Source: a virus (taxonomy: Duplodnaviria; Heunggongvirae; Uroviricota; Caudoviricetes). From it: a stretch of 56,009 bases of DNA. Both the position numbers and the translations under genes were made by a program. The notes below the pieces were generated by a model. The model did no database searches, was not told the DNA's origin, and worked only from the letters and a program-made list of their open reading frames with translations. Below, piece by piece: positions 22,263-40,797 of the stretch. The stretch lies in the IMG/VR virus record IMGVR_UViG_2512047041_000008. One strand, given 5' to 3'. Within the stretch, counting starts at the first letter, position 1. Each line of letters starts with the position of its first letter.

Positions 22263-23288
22263 TTACGCCAGTTGTACAGACACGAACTCATCAGGGTCAG
22301 CCAGCAGCATCAGCGGTGCTGACTGAATCATGGTGAACTCACGCGCCGGGTCGCCGGTGGTCACCCAGTTTTTCGGGTAACGGGCAGAGGCGTTAATGCC
22401 TTCGCGCTGTGCGTCCGCATCCTGAATGCAACCATAGGTGCGCAGACCGCGTGCCTGAGTGTTCCCCAGCACCATCGTGTTGTCCGGCAGGAAGTTCTTT
22501 TTGACGCCGTTTTCCACGTACTGTCCGGAATACACGACGATGGCCACATCGCCATACATTCCCTTATAAGACACCGCTTTGCCCAGGTCTTTTACCGCTG
22601 TCTCCAGCTCGGAATGAGAGCCGCGACGGGTATCCAGCTTCTCCCTGACGGCCTTGAAGGAACGGAACAGCGCCCAGCCTTTCGGATCAAACACGATGAT
22701 ATTCACCACACCGCTGGCGTTCAGCGCGTAGGCTTCGATATCGTCGGTCGGGTCATACGTGGACTTGTCACGCTTGCTCCACTCCGTGCCGCCGGACTGC
22801 GTGATGTTATTCGCCGCACTGCGGCCCATATCCACCTCAACCGGATCGAAGGCTTCACCGGTCATGGTGTATTTGCCCTTAAGCACGGCAGAAACTGCCT
22901 GCATCTCTTCGACCTGGGCAATCGCCAGATTTTCATCCAGCATATTCTGCCGAATAATACGGCGACGACGGTAAGCCGGGTCAGCCAGGTTCTGCGGATC
23001 TTCATCCGGCAGGCGACGCAGGGTCATCTGCGGATTCACCTCATGCTTGGGTTTGACATAACCCGGCGTAAATTCAGAGGTGGAGCCGCCACGGGATCGG
23101 ATAACCTCACCGGAAACAATCGGCGAAACGTACAGCGCCATGTTTACCAGTCCCGGAATTTGTGAGAGATAGACTTTTTCCGTGGTGAAAGGATAGGTTT
23201 CACGGAAAAACAGGCGCAGAAACAGCGGATCGAACTTAAAGTGATGCTGGGTCGATGCCAGTAATTCTGCAGTTGTATATACAGACAT
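22263..23288 (-). CDS. E: Major capsid protein E
   Basis: 341 aa, as lambda E. Confidence 0.9.
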   Translation of the reverse strand: MSVYTTAELLASTQHHFKFDPLFLRLFFRETYPFTTEKVYLSQIPGLVNMALYVSPIVSGEVIRSRGGSTSEFTPGYVKPKHEVNPQMTLRRLPDEDPQNLADPAYRRRRIIRQNMLDENLAIAQVEEMQAVSAVLKGKYTMTGEAFDPVEVDMGRSAANNITQSGGTEWSKRDKSTYDPTDDIEAYALNASGVVNIIVFDPKGWALFRSFKAVREKLDTRRGSHSELETAVKDLGKAVSYKGMYGDVAIVVYSGQYVENGVKKNFLPDNTMVLGNTQARGLRTYGCIQDADAQREGINASARYPKNWVTTGDPAREFTMIQSAPLMLLADPDEFVSVQLA

Positions 23289-23343
23289 AAATTATTTCCA
23301 TAAAAAAAGCCGCACAGGCGGCCTTTGTTGATGAAGGGGAAGA

Positions 23344-23676
23344 TTAAACGATGCTGATTGCCGTTCCGGCAAACGCGGTCCGTTTTTTAGTCTCGTCGCT
23401 GGCAGCCTCCGGCCAGAGCACATCCTCATAACGGAACGAGCCGGACTTGTAGAACGTCAGTGTGGTGCTGGTCTGGTCAGCAGCAACCGCCAGAATGCCA
23501 ACGGCTGCACCGTCGGTGGTGCCATCCCACACAACCAGCTTACGGGTAGTGCCATCCAGCATCAGCGGGGTCATTGCAGGCGTTTTCGCACTCAATCCGC
23601 CAGGCGCAATTGCTGTATGAGCCGGATCACTGTTACCCAGCGGCTGGTAATGGTTAAACTCTTCTTTTGTCGCCAT
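23344..23676 (-). CDS. D: Capsid decoration protein D
   Basis: 110 aa; sequence matches recalled lambda D. Confidence 0.9.
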   Translation of the reverse strand: MATKEEFNHYQPLGNSDPAHTAIAPGGLSAKTPAMTPLMLDGTTRKLVVWDGTTDGAAVGILAVAADQTSTTLTFYKSGSFRYEDVLWPEAASDETKKRTAFAGTAISIV

Positions 23677-23685
23677 AACTGCCTC

Positions 23686-24997
23686 TTATACCGGTAAAGC
23701 TTCAGGTGTATTAAGTAATTCTTTATTGGTATCAGATGCCAGGTTACCTGCAGCCAGCGGTGCCGGTGCACCCTGCATCAGACGATCCAGCGCAGTGTCA
23801 CTGCGCGCCTGTGCACTCTGTGGTGCTGCAGCCAGAATGCGGCGGGCCGTTTCCACGGTCATTCCGGGGGTTTCTGCCAGAACGCGCGCCTGTTCTTCGC
23901 GTCCGTGAGCCTCCTCACAGTTGAGGATCCCCATAATGCGGCTGTTTTCTGCCGCAACCGCTGCGGTGATCTGCGCGTTCACGTCCGGCTGCGCCGCGCT
24001 GGCGTTTTCGCCCTCCGTCGCTGGCACCACGTCAGTAACGTCAGCCTGCGAAGCAGTGGCTGAAACAGTTGTTGATTGAGTCTCTTTGGTCATTCGCCCT
24101 CCTGAGAGACGGGATTTACGCGCATCCAGTGCATCACGCATGACGGTGATCGCATCGGTGCTGTTAACAAGTTCATCAGCCAGTCCGGCATCAATGGCCT
24201 CCTGACCGCTGTACACTGCAGCCTCGGTATCCAGCACAGCCTGCACAGACAGGCCGGTATATGCCGACACCTTCTGCGCAAACATCTGGCGGGTTGCGTC
24301 CATCCGGGACTGCAGTGTCTCCCGGACGTCATCCGGAAGATGGCTGTAGGGATTGCCATCCACCTTATGGCTGCCGCTGTAAATCAGCGTGATTTCCACA
24401 CCCTGTTTCTCCAGGGCAGCACCGTAATTACTGTGAGCCATCATGACGCCGATGGAGCCTGTCCGGGCGGTCTGCGTGACCAGGCGCCGGGAGGCGGCAC
24501 TGGCAAGCAGCTGACCTGCACTGCAGTTCATGTCGTTGGCCAGCGCCCATACCGGTTTTATGTCACGCACACGGGCGATGATGTCAGCGCAGTCAAATGC
24601 CCCCGCCACCATTCCGCCTGGCGTGTCCATATCGAGCAGAATGCCGTCCACCATCGGGTCGCTGGCAGCCTGTTGCAGACGGGCGATAATGCCGTTGTAA
24701 CCGGTCATCCCCGAGTACGGCTGCAGCGCCCGCGTCCGGCTGACCAGCGTGCCGGACACCGGCAGCACGGCGATGCCGTTCATGACCTGATAACTGCAGG
24801 CCTGTCGTGGTCCGTCATCATCACCGGATAATGCCAGCGTCGCGAGTGCCTCCTGGGCAGTCAGGCTGTCGGCGGACACCGCATCCGTCAGGCGGCTGAT
24901 CCCAAGCTGGCCTGCAAGCGCACAAAAGAAAACCCGCGCATAGGCGGGTTCAAGCATCAGCGGCTCATTAAAGGCCATGCTGGCAATATGCGGGAGA

Positions 24998-25017
<20 letters not shown>
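23686..25017 (-). CDS. C: Head protease/scaffold C (with nested Nu3 frame)
   Basis: ORF 23686..25152; likely start near VTAELRNLPHIASMAF (lambda C N-terminus), overlapping the B 3' end. Confidence 0.8.
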
Positions 25018-28698
<3,681 letters not shown>

Positions 28699-28724
<26 letters not shown>

Positions 28725-29244
28725 TCAGCAACCCCGGTATCAGTTCATCCAGCGCGGCTGCTTTGTTCATGGCTTTGATGATATCCCGTTTCAGGAAATC
28801 AACATGTCGGTTTTCCAGTTCCGGAAAACGCCGCTGCACCGACAGGGGGATCCCGTCGAGAATACTGGCAATTTCACCTGCGATCCGCGACAGCACGAAA
28901 GTACAGAATGCGGTTTCCACCACTTCAGCGGAGTCTCTGGCATTTTTCAGCTCCTGTGCGTCGGCCTGTGCACGCGTAAGTCGGTGGCGTTCGTACTCAA
29001 TAGTCCCTGGCTGGAGATCTGTCTCGCTGGCCTGCCGCAGTTCTTCAACTTCCCGGCGCAGCTTTTCGTTCTCAATTTCAGCATCCCTTTCGGCATACCA
29101 TTTTATAACGGCGGCAGAGTCATAAAGCACCTCATTACCCTTGCCACCGCCTCGCAGAACGGGCATTCCCTGTTCCTGCCAGTTCTGAATGGTACGGATA
29201 CTCGCACCGAAAATGTCAGCCAGCTGCTTTTTGTTGACTTCCAT
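28699..29244 (-). CDS. Nu1: Terminase small subunit Nu1
   Basis: 181 aa, MEVNKKQLADIFGAS... as lambda Nu1. Confidence 0.9.
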
Positions 29245-29421
29245 TGTTCATTCCACGGCCAAAAACAGAGAAAGGAAACGACAGAGGCCCAAAAGTTCGT
29301 TTTCAGCACCTGTCGTTTCCTTTCTTTTCAGGGGGTATTTTAAATAAAAACATTAAGTTACGACGAAGAAGAACGGAAACGCCTTAAACCGGAAAATTTT
29401 CATAAATAGCGAAAACCCGCG

Positions 29422-29433
29422 AGGTCGCCGCCC
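29422..29433 (-). other. cos cohesive-end site (cosN 12-nt overhang GGGCGGCGACCT on the minus strand)
   Basis: Flanks on both sides match the lambda left and right genome ends as I recall them. Confidence 0.8.
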
Positions 29434-29632
29434 CGTAACCTGTCGGATCACCGGAAAGGACCCGTAAAGTGATAATGATTATCATCTACATATCACAACG
29501 TGCGTGGAGGCCATCAAACCACGTCAAATAATCAATTATGACGCAGGTATCGTATTAATTGATCTGCATCAACTTAACGTAAAAACAACTTCAGACAATA
29601 CAAATCAGCGACACTGAATACGGGGCAACCTC

Positions 29633-29866
29633 ATGTCAACGAAGAACAGAACCCGCAGAACAACAACCCGCAACATCCGCTTTCCTAACCAAATGATTGA
29701 ACAAATTAACATCGCTCTTGAGCAAAAAGGGTCCGGGAATTTCTCAGCCTGGGTCATTGAAGCCTGCCGCCGGAGACTGTGCTCAGAAAAAAGAGTTTCT
29801 TCTGAAGCAAACAAAGAAAAGAGTGACATTACTGAATTGCTCAGAAAACAGGTCAGACCAGATTGA
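29633..29866 (+). CDS. Hypothetical basic protein (YnfO-like), adjacent to cos
   Basis: 77-aa ORF; an equivalent ORF exists at the lambda right end. Confidence 0.5.
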   Translation: MSTKNRTRRTTTRNIRFPNQMIEQINIALEQKGSGNFSAWVIEACRRRLCSEKRVSSEANKEKSDITELLRKQVRPD

Positions 29867-29908
29867 AGCAATTTAGATAATCGTGCAGACTACGCCCCCT
29901 CATATCAC

Positions 29909-30334
29909 ATGGAAGGTTTATCTATGGATCAGGTAGTCATTTTTAAACAAATATTTGATAAAGTTCGAAACGATTTAAACTATCAATGGTTTTATTCTGA
30001 GCTAAAACGTCACAATGTCTCACATTACATTTACTATTTAGCCACAGAGAATGTTCATATTGTATTAAAAAATGATAATACAGTGTTATTAAAGGGCCTA
30101 AAAAACATTGTGTCTGTCAAATTTTCAAAGGATAGGCATCTTATAGAAACGACCTCTAATAAGCTGAAATCCAGAGAGATCACATTTCAGGAATACAGAA
30201 GAAACCTTGCTAAAGCAGGAGTTTTTCGGTGGGTTACAAATATCCACGAACAAAAAAGATATTACTATACCTTTGATAATTCATTACTATTTACTGAAAG
30301 CATCCAGAAAACTACACAGATCTTACCACTCTAA
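29909..30334 (+). CDS. ydfO: YdfO-like prophage protein
   Basis: 141-aa ORF; position as ydfO in Qin. Confidence 0.6.
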
Positions 30335-30485
30335 ACCATAACGTCCGGCTTCTCTCACTCCTGAGCCGGACTGCATTGGTTTAATAAAAACCATCAACAA
30401 TTGTGATTTAGATATTCGGAACCATTCAAATATAACAAAACCCCGTAAAAACGAGGTTTATGGATAAATTTTATTATTGAATACA

Positions 30486-30659
30486 TCAGATTAAATTAAT
30501 CTTGACATCATAGCTTTCAAGACCCGTCATTTTTTCCCGTGCGGTAAACTGAATACTGGTAACTTCTTTCCCGGTCTTTTTCTTAAGTTCAATAATTTTT
30601 TTTGTTATATATTCAGAAATATCTGCTTCTGCTTTTGTTTTTAAGTTTTCAATATTCAT
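30486..30659 (-). CDS. gnsB: GnsB-like small protein (GnsA/GnsB family)
   Basis: 57 codons translated by hand from the minus strand, MNIENLKTKAEADISEYI...FTAREKMTGLESYDVKINLI; below the ORF-track cutoff. Confidence 0.7.
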   Translation of the reverse strand: MNIENLKTKAEADISEYITKKIIELKKKTGKEVTSIQFTAREKMTGLESYDVKINLI

Positions 30660-30830
30660 CATTTCCTCTTTTAGTCTGTTATGACTTTCCAGTTACACAG
30701 TAAGTCGATTATATGGTGCAAACGTGTAAAAGATAAGATGAAACATCGCAATAATCAACATACGATAGTCTAAATTTTACACAAACAGACAAAGAGAATT
30801 TTCCTGAATTATCAATGCAATAGCATCAAA

Positions 30831-31022
30831 TCAACTCAAGAGCCTTATTGCTGCTTCCAGAATTTCTTCTGAAGTAACATGTCGATCCGCGGCTACATAA
30901 ATGACTTTATGATCTCCGGTCAGAGATGGAAACCCTGCGGCCATTACAGTAAGGTGTGTTTTTTCGCCATTTGGATATTCACGCATGATGGTGTTAACTC
31001 CAGTCATCGCTGGCACTACCAC
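30831..31022 (-). CDS. Hypothetical small protein (YnfN-like position)
   Basis: 63-aa ORF between gnsB and cspI. Confidence 0.35.
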   Translation of the reverse strand: MVVPAMTGVNTIMREYPNGEKTHLTVMAAGFPSLTGDHKVIYVAADRHVTSEEILEAAIRLLS

Positions 31023-31163
31023 TGCTGGTTCAGAGTTAAAAAAACTATGATTTTTTTCATGATGTTACCGTAGTATGTGAGTATCCATCGAATAGACACC
31101 AAGCAAAAAAGCTCCCGAAGGAGCCTTCATTTTCACTTTTTTAAATCCAACGACAGACGGCTG

Positions 31164-32589
31164 TAATGCCAGTCAGTTAAGCAACTGACTGGCTCTTTTT
31201 CGGGGCTGTGGGGTATTTCCAGGGCCTCTCCTTTACCACTCTCGGGAAGGCCCTTTCCCTTCTTGTCGGTAATTTCACAAGTTGTCCCATACTTGCAAGA
31301 TCGCGCATCAGCTCCGGTATACGTCCCGGTGAAGCGCCCTGCAATGTCATCAGCATTCTCATCACCATTCCACATGATTCTGAGAAACTCAGTTGATTCG
31401 GCCAGTAACCTTTCAGATGTTCTGCCATTTTAATCATCTGATATCTCACCAGATTATAAGCCAGTAAGACACCCCACAGCTCTTGCTCCACAAGCTCCGG
31501 TTTTTTACTTCTCAGCGTCAGCCTGCTCAGTTGCATCGTCTGTTTTATCTCCCTGTATCCCAGTTCGATTTCCCAGCGATGACTGTACAGATCCGCCATT
31601 TCTCCTCCGGGGAAGCGCATGGCGTCCGTCATCGACGTCAGCAGATGGCAGACTTTTCCTTTGCGCGTCACGGTCAGCAGGCGGGCTGTCACTTCATTTC
31701 CCAGTCCCGGCCACTTTTTTCGTGCCTGCGGGCTGGTTTTCAGCTTCACCAGATGATCGCCTTTACCCAGTTTTCTGATCTCTTCATATTGCGCTCCCTT
31801 TCTGAGAGGTATCATCCAGTGGCGGTGTTCTCCCGCCAGGCTCCAGGCATTTAACAGTCCCAGTGAGTAATAACCTTTATCCATTAACGTCAGAGTGTTA
31901 TCGCCGGTTTGTTCTATAAGTTGCTCAGCAAGCTCATTTTCGCTGTTCTTCATCGTGCCGAAGGCTGCAGCCGTCAGCAGATGGCTGGTCAGTTCCATCT
32001 GGCAGACCATTTTGACCTGCGGGTAGAGCGCCGGGTTCCCGGCATGTGTCTGGCGGGGGAAGGCTGCATCGTTCTCTGGTGTATCCGGTGTGCGCCAGAA
32101 CACACCATCGATGGCCAGCAGGGTCAGGCCGCACCAGTGCGGATGCGGCGTGGCGTTATGCCAGAGCTGCGCTGTTTTCGTGAACACGCGGCGGACAGCC
32201 TCACTTCCCAGGCGCTGGCGGGCCTGAATAACGGCACTGGGGGCAACGAAGGGGCGATTGCCCGGCAGCATGATGTCCAGGCGATTCACAATCTGGTGAA
32301 GAGGTTCTTTACGCTCAAGCGCCATGCCAACAATACACCAGACCATCATTTCGAGGGGAAGACGGCGCTTGCGTAGCGTTACAGTACCTGATTCGGCAAG
32401 GCAACGAGAGATGAGTTCGGGGTCGAGGTAATCCCCCAGAGAAGTCAGTGGGTTACGCAGAGAATCGTAACGGGATACCAGATCAAGAGCCTGTCCAATG
32501 TGCATAAAAAAATCCGGAAACAAGTGAGCGTTTCCGGATTCTTACACAGCCACTGGATCGGTCAACTGATCCTTAACTGATCGGCATTA
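31164..32589 (-). mobile_element. IS4, 1426 bp, flanked by 13-bp target-site duplication CGACAGACGGCTG
   Basis: Terminal repeats TAATGCC(A/G)(G/A)TCAGTTAAG; identical 13-mers at 31151-31163 and 32590-32602. Confidence 0.9.
31177..32523 (-). CDS. IS4 transposase
   Basis: 448-aa ORF matching recalled IS4 transposase (probable true start MHIGQALDL, 442 aa). Confidence 0.9.
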   Translation of the reverse strand: MFPDFFMHIGQALDLVSRYDSLRNPLTSLGDYLDPELISRCLAESGTVTLRKRRLPLEMMVWCIVGMALERKEPLHQIVNRLDIMLPGNRPFVAPSAVIQARQRLGSEAVRRVFTKTAQLWHNATPHPHWCGLTLLAIDGVFWRTPDTPENDAAFPRQTHAGNPALYPQVKMVCQMELTSHLLTAAAFGTMKNSENELAEQLIEQTGDNTLTLMDKGYYSLGLLNAWSLAGEHRHWMIPLRKGAQYEEIRKLGKGDHLVKLKTSPQARKKWPGLGNEVTARLLTVTRKGKVCHLLTSMTDAMRFPGGEMADLYSHRWEIELGYREIKQTMQLSRLTLRSKKPELVEQELWGVLLAYNLVRYQMIKMAEHLKGYWPNQLSFSESCGMVMRMLMTLQGASPGRIPELMRDLASMGQLVKLPTRRERAFPRVVKERPWKYPTAPKKSQSVA

Positions 32590-32770
32590 CGACAGACGGC
32601 TGGCATTTAAGTATTGTGAAATATTATCAAATGTAATCATCATTGATTTACAAAAGATACATTTTGCCCCGAAAGGATTCATGTCAGAAACATCAAAAGA
32701 TGATGTTCTATACTGGGAACCATGACAACACGGGCATCTAAAGTGAATATGGTTTGTAATATTGTCTACC

Positions 32771-32983
32771 TCAAAGCGCCACTACATGAACAGCGGCAGG
32801 ACCTTTAGGTCCGTTCTCAATACCAAATTCAACTTCCTGATTCTCAGTTAATGTTTTGAAATCGTTGCTCTGAATTGCTGAGAAATGGACAAACACATCT
32901 TTGCTGCCATCTTTCGGCGTGATGAAACCAAAACCTTTTTCAGGGTTAAACCATTTCACTAAACCAGTCATTTTGTTAGACAT
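32771..32983 (-). CDS. cspI: Cold-shock protein CspI-like
   Basis: 70 aa; RNP motifs KGFGFI and VFVHF. Confidence 0.85.
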   Translation of the reverse strand: MSNKMTGLVKWFNPEKGFGFITPKDGSKDVFVHFSAIQSNDFKTLTENQEVEFGIENGPKGPAAVHVVAL

Positions 32984-33345
32984 AATTATTACCTTTTGAA
33001 GAAATTAGCCCTTGGGCAGAATGGTCCGAAAAAAAATATCAGAGAGAAAAACCAACAAGGAAATCTCAAGAGGTACAAATAATAAAATTATAACAATGAC
33101 TGCTTCAGATAAATTTGTAACAAACCAGAACACCATTAACGCATGATTAACCACCCATAGCAAGGATTACTTTTGTAAAGAAAAACACAGCAATGAAAGA
33201 ATAGCTTTATTTATTAATAAAACGTGTCATTCTGATTAAGACCTTTTATCTTACCCTTAAGATTTCAGGAATTTTGGCTCATGGAAGAGTCCTTTTTATT
33301 TAAATTTTACATTCCGCGATGTAAATGTTCCGATTTAATATTACC

Positions 33346-34369
<1,024 letters not shown>

Positions 34370-34373
<4 letters not shown>

Positions 34374-34681
34374 AGATATTTATGATGAGGACGCTCGTGC
34401 TTATTGGCAGGATTTTCAATCTTAAAGGAGTACTGATGCTGCAGATAAGACTCAACTTTTTCTGACAATTTTTCTGCTACTTCCAGGAAGACTTGCCGGA
34501 CGCTCCTTCTGGCTGCTGCCTCATAAAACTCCAGCGCAGCTCCTTCAACACGGTCCATGGCGACATCCAGGTCAAAAATTTCACCGTCAAAGCGTTCTTT
34601 GTCCTGTAAGGCTACAGTTACCGTAACTTTATTCTCAAAATTACGGACTCCTTTCACAACCAGTTCATAGTCTTGAGTCAT
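34370..34681 (-). CDS. ydfR: YdfR-like protein
   Basis: 103 aa, between holin and lysozyme as in Qin. Confidence 0.7.
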
Positions 34682-34685
34682 TGGA

Positions 34686-34901
34686 TTACTCTCCTCTCGC
34701 AGCCTTACGCCTGTCTTCTTTAATCTTGAAATAAAGATTTGTCAGATACGTCAGCAGGCCAAAAACCAGGCTACCCAGCACACCGATTGCAGCCCACTGT
34801 GACGGAGTTACTTTATCGAGTAACTGCAATGCCCAGAAACCAGCATTACCCGCCGATGTGCCATAGGCAACACCTGTTGTTAACTTATCCATTGATTTCA
34901 T
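34686..34901 (-). CDS. essQ: Holin
   Basis: ORF 34686..34976; probable start MKSMDKL (ATG at 34899-34901), 71 aa with TM segments. Confidence 0.75.
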   Translation of the reverse strand: MKSMDKLTTGVAYGTSAGNAGFWALQLLDKVTPSQWAAIGVLGSLVFGLLTYLTNLYFKIKEDRRKAARGE

Positions 34902-35069
34902 ATCCTCACCCCGATGTACACGGATGGTGCAATATGTTTGAAAAGATCGGAGTCTACGGGGTAGTTTTGACAGCACACGTTGTTCTCAACGGCGCTAAAA
35001 AAACATACACATTAAAAATGTGGGTAATTATTTTGAAAGAAAGTCATATATAAAATAATAATACGAGAA

Positions 35070-35291
35070 ATGTTTTCATATTTAGTGTACTGTATACGGC
35101 CATTTATACAGGAAAAGCCTATGTCAGAACGTAAAAACTCAAAATCACGCCGTAATTATCTCGTTAAATGTTCCTGCCCAAACTGCACCCAAGAGTCAGA
35201 ACACAGTTTTTCAAGAGTACAAAAAGGTGCCCTTTTGATCTGCCCTCATTGCAACAAAGTATTCCAGACAAATCTTAAAGCTGTAGCCTGA
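35070..35291 (+). CDS. Hypothetical small zinc-ribbon protein
   Basis: CxxC...CxxC (CPNC, CPHC); likely start MSERKNSKS. Confidence 0.4.
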   Translation: MFSYLVYCIRPFIQEKPMSERKNSKSRRNYLVKCSCPNCTQESEHSFSRVQKGALLICPHCNKVFQTNLKAVA

Positions 35292-35654
35292 TTGATTTTA
35301 TTAGTAACAAGTATTTTTTATATTTTAATAATATATTTAAAGCAGATAATAAAAAACCCGCCTGAGCGGGTTTGAGATTGTGGTGCTTTTTGTGGGAGTC
35401 ATCCACTTACGCACTTTGTTTTGCCATGCCAGCAGTTAGCTTCTGCTGTAAAACTATTCATGCAGCAAACCTGCACTTCACCACAATGGTTAGCATACTT
35501 TTCCTGATTAAGATTTTGCCAAATATGCTAGCCATTGTTTCATGTATTGGACCTCCTTACTTTTTATTAAAGAGATCCAATATTCACTACTCTGTCCGTA
35601 TCTCTACTCAGGCATCAGCCTTCTTCGTTATCGTATACAGACGAGCGATGAATT

Positions 35655-35870
35655 TTAATCAGTAATGATGACATTTGCTGCTGCAGGACCTTTAGCACCA
35701 CTCTCTATAGAGAAGGTAACCTTTTGACCTTCAAATAAGGTTCGATAATTATCATTCTGAATCGCAGAAAAATGCACAAACACATCTTTACTACCATCAA
35801 CAGGAGAAATAAAGCCGAAACCTTTATCAGCGTTAAACCATTTTACTAAACCAGTCATTTTATTTGACAT
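35655..35870 (-). CDS. cspB: Cold-shock protein CspB-like
   Basis: 71 aa with CspA-family RNP motifs. Confidence 0.85.
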   Translation of the reverse strand: MSNKMTGLVKWFNADKGFGFISPVDGSKDVFVHFSAIQNDNYRTLFEGQKVTFSIESGAKGPAAANVIITD

Positions 35871-36170
35871 TCTACATTCCTTAACTTGAGCCTTTCGGCA
35901 TAAATGGTTTGCATAACAGAAACGACTTCGTACTTAATTGGAGAGACTCAAAGAAGGAATAAGTGAATAACACCTGAAATGAGAACTGCTTTAGTAAACT
36001 ACTTCGTATATCGTCTGTTCTTCAAACCGACGCAATCATTAACGCATAGTTGAACATATGAAGCAATGTTTATTTTAGACATCCAGCCATCTTCAACCCC
36101 ATCAAAAAACTATAGCTTTCTTCAGGAACGTGTGTATAGTGCGCCAAGTTATCAGTATTAAGGAATTTTT

Positions 36171-36383
36171 TTGTCCCGTAAAATGACAGGAATTGTCAAA
36201 ACCTTTGACGGCAAAAGCGGCAAGGGTCTTATCACCCCATCCGATGGTCGTATCGATGTCCAGCTTCATGTTTCAGCGCTCAATCTCCGCGATGCAGAAG
36301 AAATTACCACCGGATTACGCGTGGAATTTTGCCGGATAAATGGTCTGCGTGGCCCTTCAGCTGCCAATGTTTACCTTTCATGA
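36171..36383 (+). CDS. cspF: Cold-shock protein CspF-like
   Basis: 70 aa, [13 protein letters not shown]... Confidence 0.85.
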
Positions 36384-36804
36384 GCTATATTAAAGCTTTA
36401 ATTTCAGGCCCCATCGGATCACACATGGAGAGTTTTTATGAATAACCCCGTCTGTCTTGATGACTGGTTGATTGGCTTTAAAAGCTTATGCTGTACTTTG
36501 GCCGTAATAGCTCTGCTAATAATATAATAAGCAGACTCATTGTGTTTAGGGACATTGTACTGGAAGAAAACATTTTAAACATCAGGCAAATAACCAAGTC
36601 ACCAGCTAAATAATAAGTTAACAGACATGAGTCCCGGGATGAGATTCAACATTACCATTGCCCCATTTAAAGCACAAAACCCGCTCATCAGCGGGTTTTC
36701 TACTTTTTCTTAACGTCGGGTATACAAAGCCCATCGTTGAAAAAATTTTATCCATATTTTTTGAAAAATGCAAACATCATGTCGCCATCTTCAGCAAAAA
36801 TCAT

Positions 36805-39502
<2,698 letters not shown>

Positions 39503-39545
39503 TGAGGTGTACTGGCAATAGCGGACACAACCATTTGTTCTTTTT

Positions 39546-40364
39546 TTAAGCAGCCATCTGATGATATTTTTCCCTGAAGGCTGCCGGGGAGATATTCCCC
39601 AGACGAGAGTGACGACGCTGACGATTGTAGAAAATCTCAATGTATTCCCGTATTACTGAGATGGCTTCATCCCGGTTATTAAAACGATAGTGGCTCAGGC
39701 TCTCATTTTTCAGCGTTCCCCAGAAGCTTTCCATCGGAGCGTTGTCGTAACAGTTACCTTTACGCGACATTGATGTTTTCAGACCAAACTGCTCCTGTAT
39801 GACCCGGTAATCGTATGCGCAGTACTGTGAACCTCGATCAGAGTGGTGGATTAGCCCGGCAGGTGGGCGCTGGCTCCTGAGCGCCATAAACAGGGCTTTA
39901 CCTGTCAGCTCTTTTGTCATGCGCTCTCCCATGGCGTAGCCGACAATTTCGCACGTATAAACATCTTTGATGCCAGCGAGGTACAACCATCCCTCCTGTG
40001 TGGCAACATACGTCAGGTCCGCCACCCAGACCTGATTTGGTGCTGTAGGAGTGAACGTCTGGTTCAGCAGATTTGGCGCAACTGGCAGATTGTGGTTCGG
40101 GTTCGTAGTCGCTCTGAACTTGCGTTTCTGCTTACAGCGTAGCCTTAGCTCCTTACGAAGACGTGCCAGTCGGTCACGACCAACGATGATGCCATTCTCT
40201 GCCAGCTCCGTCTGGAGCCGCCGGGTTCCATATGTTTCGCGAGTGCGGATATGTGCCACCTTAATCTCCAGTTTTAGCCGCTCATCACTTTGTTTTCTGT
40301 CTGAGGGTTCATGCTGTACCCAGTTGTAATAACCGCTCCTGGATACACCAAATACCTGACACAT
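39546..40364 (-). CDS. IS600 transposase OrfB
   Basis: 272 aa DDE. Confidence 0.85.
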   Translation of the reverse strand: MCQVFGVSRSGYYNWVQHEPSDRKQSDERLKLEIKVAHIRTRETYGTRRLQTELAENGIIVGRDRLARLRKELRLRCKQKRKFRATTNPNHNLPVAPNLLNQTFTPTAPNQVWVADLTYVATQEGWLYLAGIKDVYTCEIVGYAMGERMTKELTGKALFMALRSQRPPAGLIHHSDRGSQYCAYDYRVIQEQFGLKTSMSRKGNCYDNAPMESFWGTLKNESLSHYRFNNRDEAISVIREYIEIFYNRQRRHSRLGNISPAAFREKYHQMAA

Positions 40365-40399
40365 CGCTTCAATGGGAAATTGTTGTCGCCATTGTTCGA

Positions 40400-40702
40400 T
40401 TAACGCGTATTTTTCAGCGACTCCTGTGCAAAATACGCTGTTGCTTTTTTTAATATATCTCGCTCAAGGCGAGCTTCATTTAACGCCTTACGCAGTTGCA
40501 GAATTTCAGATTCCAGTTCAGCCACCGTGCGGGAACCAGGAGTACCGAGCCCTTTTCTGGCGGCGGTAACCCATTGTCCTAAAGTGCCTTCAGGAAGAGA
40601 TAATCGGGAAGCGCCTTCGCTGATCGAAAGTTGATTTTCAAGAACCGTTCTGACAGCTTCGGCTTTGAACTCTTTAGAGTAACGTTGGTTTTTTCTGCTC
40701 AT
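40400..40702 (-). CDS. IS600 transposase OrfA
   Basis: 100 aa HTH, MSRKNQRYSKEFK... Confidence 0.85.
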   Translation of the reverse strand: MSRKNQRYSKEFKAEAVRTVLENQLSISEGASRLSLPEGTLGQWVTAARKGLGTPGSRTVAELESEILQLRKALNEARLERDILKKATAYFAQESLKNTR

Positions 40703-40766
40703 TATTAGCTCCTTCTGATGCCATTCTATTTCAGGAAGGAGTGTCCGTTAAACTCAGGCTACCTCA

Positions 40767-40784
40767 TAAGGCTTCAAGGTTCAT
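40767..40784 (-). pseudogene. quuQ: Antiterminator Q 5' end (first 6 codons, MNLEAL) upstream of the IS600 insertion
   Basis: ATG at 40782-40784 preceded by a GGAGAA ribosome-binding site; frame continues on the far side of IS600 as PKYYSPKSPKL... Confidence 0.55.
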
Positions 40785-40797
40785 GCTCGTTCTCCAC

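Larger units (their letters stand above)
39503..40766 (-). mobile_element. IS600 (IS3 family) copy 1, 1264 bp, flanked by 3-bp direct repeat TAA
   Basis: Ends TGAGGTG...; OrfA/OrfB; TAA at 39500-39502 and 40767-40769. Confidence 0.85.
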
